Part shown: positions 32,197 to 45,716 of the stretch, piece by piece
How positions within the stretch are numbered: position 1 is the first letter of the stretch
Layout: every line of letters starts with the position of its first letter
From: Alphaproteobacteria bacterium
GTDB lineage: Bacteria; Pseudomonadota; Alphaproteobacteria; UBA828
DNA: 64,000 nucleotides
Direction: 5' to 3'
Assembly: GCA_965220745.1 (NCBI GenBank)
Contig: CBDCQT010000012.1
Location: 32,001 to 96,000 of the forward strand
Notes under the pieces: generated by a model
Told to the model about the DNA's origin: nothing
Databases searched by the model: none
What the model saw: only the letters and a program-made list of their open reading frames with translations
Position numbers and translations under genes: made by a program

Positions 32197-33072
32197 CTAC
32201 TGAGCCGGTTTCTCGGGCTGGGAATCCAGTGCACGTTCTGCCAGCTTTAGCGCCCCTAGCATGTCCTCTCGCAGGAACTTCATGTAATTCTCGAATACTT
32301 CCTGTGTCCATTCTGGCCCCGACAAAAGGCTCATCATGAATTGCTTTATTGTAGGATCAGTTTCATCTTCAATAGTTTGAGGTTTTTCGGCCTCCTCTAT
32401 TGTGTTTCTAACCATACGCAACACTGAAGCTCTCGATTTAGCTCGCGGCTTACGCTCTGCAGATGAATACAGACTTGTTGTTCCCCATCTTTCTCCCTTA
32501 AAGTACTTAAGTCTATCCTTGGCACTCAAATTGAGACTCCGAAATTTGAATCCAGATACTTTCTCCTTTGCAATTGCTTCTACGATTTCTCTTTGAGTAA
32601 TGATGCTTGGAAAGCTGGCCTTCATTCCAGTCAGGCGAAAGGCTAATACGACAGATCTCCCAACAAGATCAAAATGCTCTCCATTTTCGTCGGTCACCTT
32701 AGTCAACAAGGCGTCGTGCTCCACCGTTATACCATGCTTCAGCCGGAATCGAGTTTCTCCACTAACTCCCAGGCCAGTTACATTATTCATTACTGTGATT
32801 TGCTTGCTAATTGTGACGATTCTTGCGGCCTGACATCCTAGCTCCCTGTGCAACTCAATCGGAAACCACGCTAAAAATCCGTCCCCTGTCCACTTGACGA
32901 ATCGGCCACCGGCTGCATTTACGGCCAACTTACCCAACCAATGTAGCCTTTGGAAATATTCCTCTACAGCTTGTGCAGACTCATTCTCGTAAAGATATTT
33001 TGAGGAGTTCTGAATGTCACAAACCCAAACGATCCCCCGCCCGCGCTCAAATGTAAACTTGGTCTCCTTCAT
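32197..33072 (-). CDS. Stand-alone class III nucleotidyl cyclase-domain protein (low GC)
   Basis: VCDIQNSS, FVKWTGDGFLAWF, DLVGRSVVLAFRL. Confidence 0.82.
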   Translation of the reverse strand: MKETKFTFERGRGIVWVCDIQNSSKYLYENESAQAVEEYFQRLHWLGKLAVNAAGGRFVKWTGDGFLAWFPIELHRELGCQAARIVTISKQITVMNNVTGLGVSGETRFRLKHGITVEHDALLTKVTDENGEHFDLVGRSVVLAFRLTGMKASFPSIITQREIVEAIAKEKVSGFKFRSLNLSAKDRLKYFKGERWGTTSLYSSAERKPRAKSRASVLRMVRNTIEEAEKPQTIEDETDPTIKQFMMSLLSGPEWTQEVFENYMKFLREDMLGALKLAERALDSQPEKPAQ

Positions 33073-33297
33073 TTCTCAACGCGTCTCCAAACTTCCACTT
33101 GTTCTGTGGCGAAATATCAAGACTAGCTTTTCGGGCACTATCACTTTCAGTGGTCGAATTCTCGAACTGGGTCATTTTCTGCCAAGTGCACACGGCCCTC
33201 ACCCAGGCCGTACACTGGTTGGTGTCGAAGAGTTATTGGTTCCTCGCCATAAATTGAGTGCCGCCTGACCCCGCGACAGGGACTCGACGCCTGGTAT

Positions 33298-33462
33298 TCA
33301 CTTCGCCAACTGCTTCAGCACCTCGCGGTCGTCGCGCATGATCTCCTCGGCCAGCGCCTCCTGGCGAGCATCGTCGGACTCATTCGAGGGCAGCCGCTGA
33401 TCCTCGCCCGGCGTCTTGGGCAGATCGGGCAAATCGCCTTTCTTCACCTTGCTACTCATCAT
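33298..33462 (-). CDS. 54-aa orphan ORF with Doc-antidote-like C-terminus
   Basis: [54 protein letters not shown]; ATGA overlap with the aspS stop; GGAG SD. Confidence 0.6.
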   Translation of the reverse strand: MMSSKVKKGDLPDLPKTPGEDQRLPSNESDDARQEALAEEIMRDDREVLKQLAK

Positions 33463-35249
33463 CCTTCTCCCTGCTTTGGCGGCAGGTCGAGCTTGAGGCT
33501 CAGCTCCTTGAGGTGCTTGTCGGGCACGGTCGCAGGTGCCCCCATCATCAGGTCCTGCGCCGTCTGGTTGAGTGGGAACATGATGACCTCGCGGATGTTG
33601 GGCTCGTCCGAGAGCAGCATGACGATCCGGTCGATCCCAGGCGCGATGCCGCCGTGGGGTGGCGCGCCGTACTGGAAGGCATGGTAGAGCGCGCCGAAGC
33701 GGCGCTTCACCTCGTCCTCACCGTAGCCCGCGATCTCGAACGCCTTGACCATCAGATCGGGCTGGTGATTGCGGATCGCACCGCTGGAAAGCTCCACGCC
33801 GTTGCAGACGATATCGTACTGGTAGGCCAGCACGCTGAGCGGATCGTCGCTCTCCAGCGCCTCCATCCCGCCTTGCGGCATGGAGAAGGGGTTGTGGCTG
33901 AAGCCGATGGCGCCGGTCTGCTCGTCGCGCTCGAACATCGGGTAGTCGACGATCCAGCAGAACGCGAACCTGTCCTCGTCGATGAGCTCCAGCCGCGTGC
34001 CGAGTTCCAGCCTCACGGCCCCGGCATAGCGCGCGGCTGCGGCCGGCCTGTCGCAGCTCAGAAACACCGCATCGCCGTCCTCGAGGCCCGCGATCGTGCG
34101 AATCTCCTCCTGCACCGCCTCCGGCACGAACTTCGCGATCGGCCCCTTGCCGGCGCCGTCGGCAAAGGTGATGTAGCCGAGGCCGGGCGCGCCCAGGTCT
34201 TGGGCGAACCCGATCATCCGGTCGAAGAAGCTGCGCGGCTGGTCCGCGATCCCCTTCACCGGAATGCCGCGCACGACGCCCCCCTTCGCAATGGTGCCCT
34301 TGAAGGCCTTGAACGTCACCTCCTCGCGCCCGAACTGCTCGGTGAGGTCGACGATCTCGATGGGGATGCGCAGGTCCGGCTTGTCCGTGCCGAAGCGCAG
34401 CATCGCGTCCTTGTAGGCGAAGCGCGGGAACGGCGGTTTGGTGACCGCGCGCTCGGTGAACTCCGTGAAGACGCCGTGCATCACCGGTTCCAGCGCGTCG
34501 AACACGTCCTCCTGCTCGACGAACGCCATCTCGACATCGAGCTGGTAGAACTCGCCGGGGGAGCGGTCGGCGCGCGCGTCCTCGTCGCGGAAGCAGGGCG
34601 CGATCTGAAAGTAGCGGTCGAAGCCGGACGCCATCACCAGCTGCTTGAACTGCTGCGGCGCCTGCGGCAGCGCGTAGAAGGTTCCGGGATGCAGCCGGCT
34701 CGGCACCAGGAAATCCCGCGCGCCCTCGGGCGAGCTCGCGGTGAGAATTGGCGTGTGGCATTCCATGAAGCCCTGCTCGACCATGTGCCGGCGGATGCTG
34801 GCGACGATGGCGCTTCGGCGCACCATGTTCTGGTGCATGCGCTCGCGCCTGAGGTCGAGGAAGCGGTAGCGGAGCCGCACCTCCTCGCCATAGTCGTGCT
34901 CGCCGTGAACCGGCAACGGCAGGGTCTCGGCCGCGTTCTGCACCTGGAGCTCGGCGATCCGCACCTCGACCTCGCCGGTGGGAATCTTGGGGTTCACGGT
35001 CTCAGCGTCGCGCGTCACCACCGGGCCGGTCAGGGTCACCACCGTCTCGGGCTTGAACGCCGTCACCGCATCGAACAGCGGCTCGCCGCTCTCGGCAACG
35101 CACTGGGTGATGCCGTAGTGGTCGCGCAGGTCCACGAAGACGAGATGGCCGTGATCGCGCACCCGATGGACCCAGCCGGAGAGGCGCACGGTCGAGCCGA
35201 CATCGGACGGCCTGAGCGCGCCGCAGGTATGCGTTCGGAATCGATGCAT
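33459..35249 (-). CDS. aspS: Aspartate--tRNA ligase (probably non-discriminating)
   Basis: [37 protein letters not shown]. Confidence 0.98.
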   Translation of the reverse strand: MHRFRTHTCGALRPSDVGSTVRLSGWVHRVRDHGHLVFVDLRDHYGITQCVAESGEPLFDAVTAFKPETVVTLTGPVVTRDAETVNPKIPTGEVEVRIAELQVQNAAETLPLPVHGEHDYGEEVRLRYRFLDLRRERMHQNMVRRSAIVASIRRHMVEQGFMECHTPILTASSPEGARDFLVPSRLHPGTFYALPQAPQQFKQLVMASGFDRYFQIAPCFRDEDARADRSPGEFYQLDVEMAFVEQEDVFDALEPVMHGVFTEFTERAVTKPPFPRFAYKDAMLRFGTDKPDLRIPIEIVDLTEQFGREEVTFKAFKGTIAKGGVVRGIPVKGIADQPRSFFDRMIGFAQDLGAPGLGYITFADGAGKGPIAKFVPEAVQEEIRTIAGLEDGDAVFLSCDRPAAAARYAGAVRLELGTRLELIDEDRFAFCWIVDYPMFERDEQTGAIGFSHNPFSMPQGGMEALESDDPLSVLAYQYDIVCNGVELSSGAIRNHQPDLMVKAFEIAGYGEDEVKRRFGALYHAFQYGAPPHGGIAPGIDRIVMLLSDEPNIREVIMFPLNQTAQDLMMGAPATVPDKHLKELSLKLDLPPKQGEG

Positions 35250-35383
35250 GGCGGGAGGCCCCGTGGTGCGTGAGGTGGTGGGTGATGCCCGGAGCGGGCC
35301 GAGCCGGGCCGGAAAAGCGCACGGAACCGGACGCCTTGTCAAGCGCCGCTCCAGGCCGGCGCCGCGGCGCCGCTCAAGTCACG

Positions 35384-36160
35384 TCAATGCAGCGTCGCGA
35401 TGTCCTCGGCGGTCTCCTCGCCGGGCTGCTTGCCGAGAATGATCATGCTCAGCACCTGATCCTTGGTGACCTCGGCGGTGCGGTGGGTGCCGATCTGGCG
35501 GCCGTTCGTCATCACCGTGATCCGGTCCGACAGATCGAACACGTCGTGGATGTCGTGGGAGATCAGGACCATGCCGATCCCCTCCGACTTGAGCCGGATC
35601 ACCAGCTCCTTGAAGACCGCGGTCTCGCGGTGCCCGAGGGCAGCGGTTGGCTCGTCCATGATCAGGACCTTGGTGTCGAAATAGAGCGCCCGCCCGATGG
35701 CCACCGACTGGCGCTGGCCGCCGGAGAGCCGCTGCACCGGCTCGCGCAGGTTGACGAAGTTGGGGTTGATGCGGGCGATGACCTCGCGGGTGGCCTTCTC
35801 CATGGCGTTGCCGTCGAGGGTCGCCCAGCGGGTCATGATCTCGCGGCCGAGAAACAGATTGGCGACCGCGTCGAGATGGTCGGCCAGCGCCAAGTCCTGA
35901 TAGAGCGTCTCGATGCCGAGGTCCCTGGCGTCGCGGGGATTGTGGATCGAGACCTTCTCGCCCTGCATGTAGATCTCGCCGCTGTCCATGCGGTAGGCGC
36001 CGGCGAGAATCTTGATGAGCGTCGACTTGCCGGCCCCGTTGTGGCCGACGACACCGAGCACCTCGCCGCCCTGGACCGTGACCGAGACATCCTCGACCGC
36101 GTGGGTGCCGCCGAAGCTCTTGTAGATGTTGCGCATCTCGATCAGCGGCGGCGCGCTCAT
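35384..36160 (-). CDS. Sugar ABC transporter ATP-binding protein (single domain, orphan)
   Basis: [31 protein letters not shown]. Confidence 0.9.
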   Translation of the reverse strand: MSAPPLIEMRNIYKSFGGTHAVEDVSVTVQGGEVLGVVGHNGAGKSTLIKILAGAYRMDSGEIYMQGEKVSIHNPRDARDLGIETLYQDLALADHLDAVANLFLGREIMTRWATLDGNAMEKATREVIARINPNFVNLREPVQRLSGGQRQSVAIGRALYFDTKVLIMDEPTAALGHRETAVFKELVIRLKSEGIGMVLISHDIHDVFDLSDRITVMTNGRQIGTHRTAEVTKDQVLSMIILGKQPGEETAEDIATLH

Positions 36161-36269
36161 CGTGTCTCCCTGCGGGTCAGGCGACGTCGTACTGACGGGA
36201 TATTCTCGAAAGCACTCCCGCGCCGGTCAAGCACCCGCCAATCCCCGCCGCGCGGAACGTCCGCCCAAC

Positions 36270-36764
36270 CTACTGAGCCGCGTCGCCTTCCTTGAATTGC
36301 TCGATGGCCTCCGCCAGTTCCTCGGTCTCTTCGCAGGACGCGCAGATGTCCTGCAGGGTCGCGAGGTGCCCCTCGGCCTTGGCCAGATCGCCGACCATCA
36401 GGTAGGCCTCGCCGATGTACTCGTGGGCGCCCAAGTGCTTCGGATCGAGGTCGAGCGCCCGCCCATAATTCTCGAACGCTTCGTCGAGCCGGTCGAGATG
36501 GCGATAGCTGTAGGCGAGCAGGTTGAACACGTCCGCGTTGCGCGGGTTGGACTCGGCCGCGCGTTCGAGAAACGCGGCAGCGCGCTCCCAGTTGCCGGCC
36601 TCGATCGCCTGCTTGCCGCGCTCGATGTTGCGCTGGTCGGCCTGGGACGCTGCGTTGCTCGTGCTGCTGGAGCTCCCCGCAGCAATGGCGTCCGATGCGG
36701 GAAGCAAGGCCAGGGCGCCGCCGAGCAGCAGGATGGCGGCGAAAACTCTTATGTGAATCGTCAT
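36270..36764 (-). CDS. Exported TPR protein
   Basis: Signal peptide; NADVFNLLAYSYR, HLGAHEYIGEAYL, C-terminal CxxC. Confidence 0.82.
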   Translation of the reverse strand: MTIHIRVFAAILLLGGALALLPASDAIAAGSSSSTSNAASQADQRNIERGKQAIEAGNWERAAAFLERAAESNPRNADVFNLLAYSYRHLDRLDEAFENYGRALDLDPKHLGAHEYIGEAYLMVGDLAKAEGHLATLQDICASCEETEELAEAIEQFKEGDAAQ

Positions 36765-36825
36765 GTTGCACCTCTGCGGCTGAGTTGGGTCGACGGCCTC
36801 GTTCGGCCCGACCACGCCGCCGGCC

Positions 36826-39145
<2,320 letters not shown>

Positions 39146-39316
39146 CGACACCTCCTTCGTCGCGGCCGGGGAAAAGCGTAGGCGCACGGCGGTTGCGCGT
39201 GCAACGGGGCGCGTGGACGGTCATTGCCGGTTGCGCCTATAGTGGACTCCCCAGGCGCTCGACGAAGTAGAACAAACAATCGGGTGGCGCCCGGACAAGA
39301 TGGGAGGAAAGGAACG

Positions 39317-40546
39317 ATGCTAGGGAGATTCGTAGCTCTCGTGGCGCTCGGCGCATTGGTTGCCGCGCCATTGGCCCATCAACCGCAGGCCAAGGCTGAC
39401 GACCACGAGGTGGTGATCGGCTTCGCGATCGCGTTCAGCGGCTGGATGAACCAGTACGACGGCCCGCCCTATCAGGGCTCGCTGATGGCGATCGAGGAGT
39501 TCAACGAACAAGGTGGCATCCTCGGCAAGCAAATCCGGGCGGTCACGTCCGACACCAAGACCGACACGGTGCAGGGCGCCAAGGCCGGCGCCGATGTGGT
39601 GGCGCAGGGCGCGCAGTTCATGGTGGTCTCCTGCGACTACGACATGGGCGCACCTGCCGCGACGGTCGCCAACAGCAACAACATGATCTCGATCTCGTCC
39701 TGCGCATCGGACGCCAAGATGGGCGTGCAGGGCATCGGGCCTTACGCCTTCACGCTCAACACCTACGGCCAGGGCGAGGGCGCAGGCATGGCCAAGTACG
39801 CCTACGTGGATCGGGGCTGGCGCAAGGCCTTTCTGCTGCTCGATGCCTCGATCGAGTACGACAAGAGCATCTGCCACGGCTTCCTGGAGCAGTGGAAGGA
39901 CTACGGCGGCGAGGTGATTGGCGTCGACAGCTACATGCAGGAGGACGCCTCCATCGCCTCGCAGATCACCCGCTACAAGGAGCTGGCGGCGGAGCGCGGC
40001 GAGCCCGAGTTCCTCTATCTCTGCTCCTACGGCGCTGGCGCGGTGAGCGCGATCCGGCAGATCCGGGCGGCAGGCATCGACGTTCCCATCGGGGGCGGCG
40101 ATTCCATGGACGGCGACTACTGGTCCGAGGCGGTGCCCGGACTCAGCGATCACTACGCGTCGTCCTTCGGCTCGATCTGGGGCGACGACCCCCGGCCCGA
40201 GGTGAACGAGTTCTTCGACCGCTACCGTGCGAAGTACGGCGAGCCCGAGACCTCGTTCCCGCTCAACGGCTACAGCGTGATCCAGGCGATCAAGGTGGCG
40301 GCCGAGCGGGCTGGCTCCCTCGACTCCGATGCAGTGCTCGCCGAGATGAACAAGTTCGACAAGGAGCCGCTGCTCTGGGGTCCGACCACCTATACGGCCG
40401 ACACCCACATCGACCTCACCCACGTGCTGACGATCATCCAGATCCAGGATGGCAAGGGCAGCTACGCAGGCCAGGGCGGTGCCGAGAACCCGCCGGCGCT
40501 GCAGCTCATCTTCCCGGACTTCACCGAGGACCTTTACGAGAACTAG
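39317..40546 (+). CDS. HAAT/Liv-family ABC substrate-binding protein
   Basis: Signal peptide; EEFNEQGGILGKQI; upstream of livHMGF-like genes. Confidence 0.9.
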   Translation: MLGRFVALVALGALVAAPLAHQPQAKADDHEVVIGFAIAFSGWMNQYDGPPYQGSLMAIEEFNEQGGILGKQIRAVTSDTKTDTVQGAKAGADVVAQGAQFMVVSCDYDMGAPAATVANSNNMISISSCASDAKMGVQGIGPYAFTLNTYGQGEGAGMAKYAYVDRGWRKAFLLLDASIEYDKSICHGFLEQWKDYGGEVIGVDSYMQEDASIASQITRYKELAAERGEPEFLYLCSYGAGAVSAIRQIRAAGIDVPIGGGDSMDGDYWSEAVPGLSDHYASSFGSIWGDDPRPEVNEFFDRYRAKYGEPETSFPLNGYSVIQAIKVAAERAGSLDSDAVLAEMNKFDKEPLLWGPTTYTADTHIDLTHVLTIIQIQDGKGSYAGQGGAENPPALQLIFPDFTEDLYEN

Positions 40547-40558
40547 TCTGCGTTACCT

Positions 40559-40592
40559 GAAGGCCGGCCCGCCGCACGGCGGGCCGGCCTTC
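40559..40592 (+). terminator. Long GC-rich hairpin after the SBP gene (mRNA stabiliser/attenuator)
   Basis: GAAGGCCGGCCCGCCG-CA-CGGCGGGCCGGCCTTC; no U-tract. Confidence 0.6.
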
Positions 40593-40624
40593 GGCACTCT
40601 CGTGGTTGTCTTCCAGGGGCCGTC

Positions 40625-41539
40625 GTGACCGGACTGGTCCAGAACGCCATCGACGCGCTCGCGCTGGGCAGCCTGTATGCGCTGACGGCGCTGGGCATCG
40701 GGCTGATCTTCGGTGTCATGCGGCTGATCAATTTCGCCCATGGCGACCTCATCATGATAGGCGGCTACGCGCTGATCGTGCCGTCCAGCGCCGCCGCAGC
40801 CGTCGCCTTCATCGGGGCCTGGCCGGCGCCTGCGATGGTCGCCGCCATCGTCTTCATCGTCATGCTGTTCGCACTGGCCTGCGAGCGGCTGGCCTTCCGT
40901 CCGCTCCGTCGCGCTAACCCCTCGGTGCTGCTGATCACCTCGTTTGCGCTCAGCTTCTTCCTCGAGCACCTGGTGGTGATGATCTACGGCGGCCGGGTGA
41001 AGGCCGTGAGCATCTGGCCCGAGCTGCTGGAGGTCTTGCCCATCAGCGGCGTGCGCATTCCGTATCTGCAGATCGTCACCATCGGGGTGACCATCGGGCT
41101 GCTGGTGCTGCTGGTGCTCTTCCTCAAGCGCACCCCCATGGGCATCCAGATGAGGGCGGCGTCGGAGGATTTTTCCACGGCGCGGCTGCTCGGCGTGCGC
41201 GCCAACCGGGTGATCGCCGTGGCGTTTGCCATCAGCGGGCTGCTCGCCGCCGTGGTCTCGCTGCTCTACGTCTCGCAGGTGGGCGCGCTCACCTACAGCA
41301 TGGGGATTCCCCTGGTGCTATTCGCCTTCGTCGCCACCGTGGTGGGCGGCATGGGGAGCCTGACAGGCGCGGTGCTCGGCGGCTTCGTGGTCGGCATCGC
41401 AAGCGTGGTGCTCCAGGTGGCGCTGCCGGTGGCCATGCGTCCCGACCGCGACGTCTTCGTCTATGGGCTGATCCTGCTGATCCTGCTGATGCGGCCCTCG
41501 GGCCTCGTGAAGGTGAAGTCGATCGAGGAGAAGGTCTGA
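40625..41539 (+). CDS. LivH-like ABC permease
   Basis: LIFGVMRLINFAHGD, GGMGSLTGAVLGG. Confidence 0.92.
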   Translation: MTGLVQNAIDALALGSLYALTALGIGLIFGVMRLINFAHGDLIMIGGYALIVPSSAAAAVAFIGAWPAPAMVAAIVFIVMLFALACERLAFRPLRRANPSVLLITSFALSFFLEHLVVMIYGGRVKAVSIWPELLEVLPISGVRIPYLQIVTIGVTIGLLVLLVLFLKRTPMGIQMRAASEDFSTARLLGVRANRVIAVAFAISGLLAAVVSLLYVSQVGALTYSMGIPLVLFAFVATVVGGMGSLTGAVLGGFVVGIASVVLQVALPVAMRPDRDVFVYGLILLILLMRPSGLVKVKSIEEKV

Positions 41540-41540
41540 G

Positions 41541-42688
41541 ATGGCCGGGCCGGGTGGCAGCGGCATGGAACGGCGCGACCTGATCTTGCGCCTGCCCGTC
41601 GTGGGCCTGCGCGTCTTCTGGACGCCGATCGTCCTTTCGCTCGGCATGCTCGTAATCGTGCTTGCGGTGTGGGCGAGCGGCGACACGGTGCTGGCGCTGG
41701 CGGTGACCGCCGCGCTGATCCGCGCGGTCATGGTGATCGGCCTCTATATCTTCATCGGCAACTCGGGCGTTCTGGCCTTCGGCCATGCCACCTTCATGAT
41801 GGTAGGCGCCTACGGCGTGGCGTGGCTGACGCTCCGCCCCTTCAACAAGAGCTTCGCGCTGCAGCTGCCGGAGTTCCTGGCGGCGCACCAGTACCCGATG
41901 CTGCCGTCCGCGATTGCGGCAGCGCTGCTGGCGGCCATCGTCGCCTTCATCGTCGGCATCCCGATCATGCGGCTCTCAGGGATAGCGGCGGCCATCGCGA
42001 CGCTCGCCGTGCTCGGCATGTTCAAGACCTTCTACTCCAACTGGAGCGAGTGGACGCTGGGTGCCGCGACCATGCCGGGTATTCCGATCTATGTGGATAT
42101 GTGGATCGCGCTGGCTTGGGTGGTGGTGGCGCTCTTCGCCGCCTACATCTACCAGCGCTCGAAATACGGCCTCGCGCTCCGCGCCTCGCGGGAGGACGAG
42201 TTCGCGGCCCGCGCGGCGGGGATCAACATCCCGCGTCAGCGGCTCGTTGCCTTCGTGCTTAGCGCCTTCTTCATGGGCATCGGCGGTGTGCTGGAGGCGC
42301 ACTACCTCGGCACCATCGCGGTCAAGAATTTCTGGCTCACCATCACCTTTATTCTGCTCGCCATGCTGATCGTGGGCGGTCAGCGCAGCCTCACCGGCGC
42401 ACTGGTAGGCGTGGTGGTGATCTCGACCCTGATCGAGATTCTGAACTCCCTCGAAGCCGGCATGAACGTGGGCGTTGCGGTGCTCTCGGTGCCGATCGGC
42501 GCCCAGGAGCTCACCATCGCGGGCCTCATGATCATCATCCTGGTGTTCCGGCCGGACGGGATCATGGGCGGGCGCGAGGTGCCCTGGCCCTTCGGCAAGG
42601 CAGGACGCATCGTGCGGGACCCCGGCGCGGCTGAGAGCGAGCACGACCCGCTGCGGCGGGGCGTCGCACAGCGGGATGGCGCCCCCTG

Positions 42689-42689
<1 letters not shown>
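41541..42689 (+). CDS. LivM-like ABC permease
   Basis: AFGHATF, LRASREDE, FRPDGIMG; start at 41541 or 41565. Confidence 0.9.
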
Positions 42690-43481
<792 letters not shown>

Positions 43482-43495
<14 letters not shown>

Positions 43496-44222
43496 GAACC
43501 TGCACGTCCGCTACCGGCGGCTCCGCGCGGTGCGCGGCGTCTCGCTCACCGTGGGCGAGGGCGAGATCGTCTGCCTGGTGGGCCCCAACGGCGCCGGCAA
43601 GTCGAGCACGCTGCGCAGCATCGCGGGCCTGCACCCGCCGTCGGAAGGCGACATCCGGCTCGCCGGCCGCTCCGTCAAGGGCCTCGCGCCCGAGACCATC
43701 GCGCGCCTGGGCCTTTCCATGGTGCCGGAGGGCCGTCACGTCTTCACCCAACTCACGGTGGAGGAGAACATTCTGCTCGGCAGCCAGATGCGGCGCGACC
43801 GCAAGCAGGTGAGGGCCGACTTCGAGCGCATGCTGGAGAGCTTCCCCTTCCTGCGCGGGCGGCTCTCCACTCCCGGCGGCAAGCTCTCGGGCGGCGAGCA
43901 GCAACAGCTCGTGATCGCCCGCGCGCTGATGACCAGCCCCCGGCTCATCCTGCTGGACGAGCCTTCCCTCGGCCTCGCGCCGATGGTGGTGGACACCGTC
44001 TACGAGATCCTCAAGGGACTGCGCGACGAGGGCATCACGCTGCTGGTGGTCGAGCAGAGCACCCACCGGGCGCTGGAGAACGGCGACCGCATCTACATCA
44101 TCCGTTCGGGCCAGATCGAGCTCGAAGGCGAGTGCAGCGCGCTCACCGACGAGCGCGTCGAGCAGGCCTACTTCGGCTTCGGCGAGGCGGAAGCCGAGGT
44201 GGATCACCGAACGCGCTTCTGA
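43482..44222 (+). CDS. LivF-like ABC ATPase
   Basis: GPNGAGKSS, VPEGR, LSGGEQQ, DEPSLGLAP. Confidence 0.92.
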
Positions 44223-44266
44223 GCGGCCTGCCCTCACAGTACGCAACGCAGACAGGAGAGCATACG

Positions 44267-45052
44267 GTGGGCTATCACGACCGCCAGATCGAGAAGGGAG
44301 CGGGACCAGCCGTGGTCTTCAGCCACGGAACGCTCATGGACGCGACGATGTTCGACCCCCAGCTCGACCATCTGTCCGAGCGGGGCTACCGGGCCATCGC
44401 CTACAACAGCCGCGTGCTCACGGGGGCGCCCGCCGCGCATACGCTGGGCGATCTGGTCGAGGATTGCCGCGCGCTCCTGGACAATCTCGGCATTCAGAAA
44501 TGCGTCCTCGCGGGCATGTCGGTGGGCGGCTTCATGGCCCTGGAATTCGCCCTCGCGTATCCCGAGCGTTTGAGCGGGCTGATCCTCATCGCCGCCACGT
44601 CGAAGGACTATACGGCTGAGGAGCGGGAGGCCTACCACCGTCAGTTCGACAAGCTGGACATCGACGGCACGGTGCCGCGAGACTTTGCCGAGTGGGTGGC
44701 GCCCTTCTGTTTCGGCGAGACGACGATGGCGTGCAACAAGACGCTCGTGGAGCACTGGGTCGACCGCTGGGCGACGACGGTGCCGGCGCGCGCGGTGCTC
44801 TACCAGGGCCGCTCCTGGCTCGACAAGGAAGACATCACCGGGCGGCTCGCGGCCGTGCGTGTGCCGGCCCTCGTGATCCATGGCGAGGAAGACGTGCCGC
44901 TCCCCATCGGACGCGCGGCGTCGATGGCGGACGCGCTCCCCGACGCGACCTTCGCGCGGGTTGCACACGCCGGGCATTCGGTGAATCTGGAGCAGCCCGC
45001 GATCGTCAATGCGGCTATCGCCCGCTTTCTCGGCCGCCTCGACCTGTCATAA
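44267..45052 (+). CDS. Alpha/beta-fold hydrolase
   Basis: HG oxyanion motif, GMSVGG nucleophile, GEED, AGH; AGGAG SD with GTG start. Confidence 0.88.
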   Translation: MGYHDRQIEKGAGPAVVFSHGTLMDATMFDPQLDHLSERGYRAIAYNSRVLTGAPAAHTLGDLVEDCRALLDNLGIQKCVLAGMSVGGFMALEFALAYPERLSGLILIAATSKDYTAEEREAYHRQFDKLDIDGTVPRDFAEWVAPFCFGETTMACNKTLVEHWVDRWATTVPARAVLYQGRSWLDKEDITGRLAAVRVPALVIHGEEDVPLPIGRAASMADALPDATFARVAHAGHSVNLEQPAIVNAAIARFLGRLDLS

Positions 45053-45103
45053 CGCGACGGAACCGAATACGGTTGCCACCCTCCGACGAAAGGAAGACCA
45101 GCT

Positions 45104-45688
45104 ATGTCAGACTCCGCATTCCTCGTGTTGCACTTTCAAAACGGCGTCGCCCATCCCGATGGCGTGTGGGGCAAGTATCTGTTCCCCCAAGTCGAGAAGA
45201 ACGGATCGGTGGGCAATGCGAGGCGGGCGCTCGACGCCGCCCGGCAGCGCGGCATGCTGGTCATCTACGTGAACATTGCCTGGCGGCCGGGCTTTCCCGA
45301 GCTGCCCGACGACACCTGCGGCCTGCTCAAAGAGGCCAAGGACAACAACGAGTGCCTGGTGGGCTCCTGGGGCGCGGACGTGATCGACGAGCTCAAGCCC
45401 GAGGGCAACGAGATCATCGTCATCAACTTCGGCTCAGACAGCTTCGAGGGCACTGACCTCGACCTGATCCTCAGAAACCGGGGAATCAAGCGCGTCTATG
45501 TCGTCGGCCAGTGCATCGAGCACGTCGTCGTGACGACGGTGAAACGCGCGGTCAACATGGGCTACGGCGCCTCGGTCTTGAAGGACTGCACCAGCGGCTT
45601 CACCGACCAGAACTACGACGCCATGGTGGAGATCCTGCCGCTCTACGCCGATCTGGTCACGGCAGACGACTTCGTCGGCATGAACTGA
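45104..45688 (+). CDS. Isochorismatase-family protein with non-canonical active site
   Basis: Fold motifs GSWGA, FEGTDLDLILR and GY...DC are present; the D-K-C triad positions read H, N, V. Confidence 0.82.
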   Translation: MSDSAFLVLHFQNGVAHPDGVWGKYLFPQVEKNGSVGNARRALDAARQRGMLVIYVNIAWRPGFPELPDDTCGLLKEAKDNNECLVGSWGADVIDELKPEGNEIIVINFGSDSFEGTDLDLILRNRGIKRVYVVGQCIEHVVVTTVKRAVNMGYGASVLKDCTSGFTDQNYDAMVEILPLYADLVTADDFVGMN

Positions 45689-45716
45689 TCCGGTGCCCGG
45701 CTCATTCCGGCCGGGC

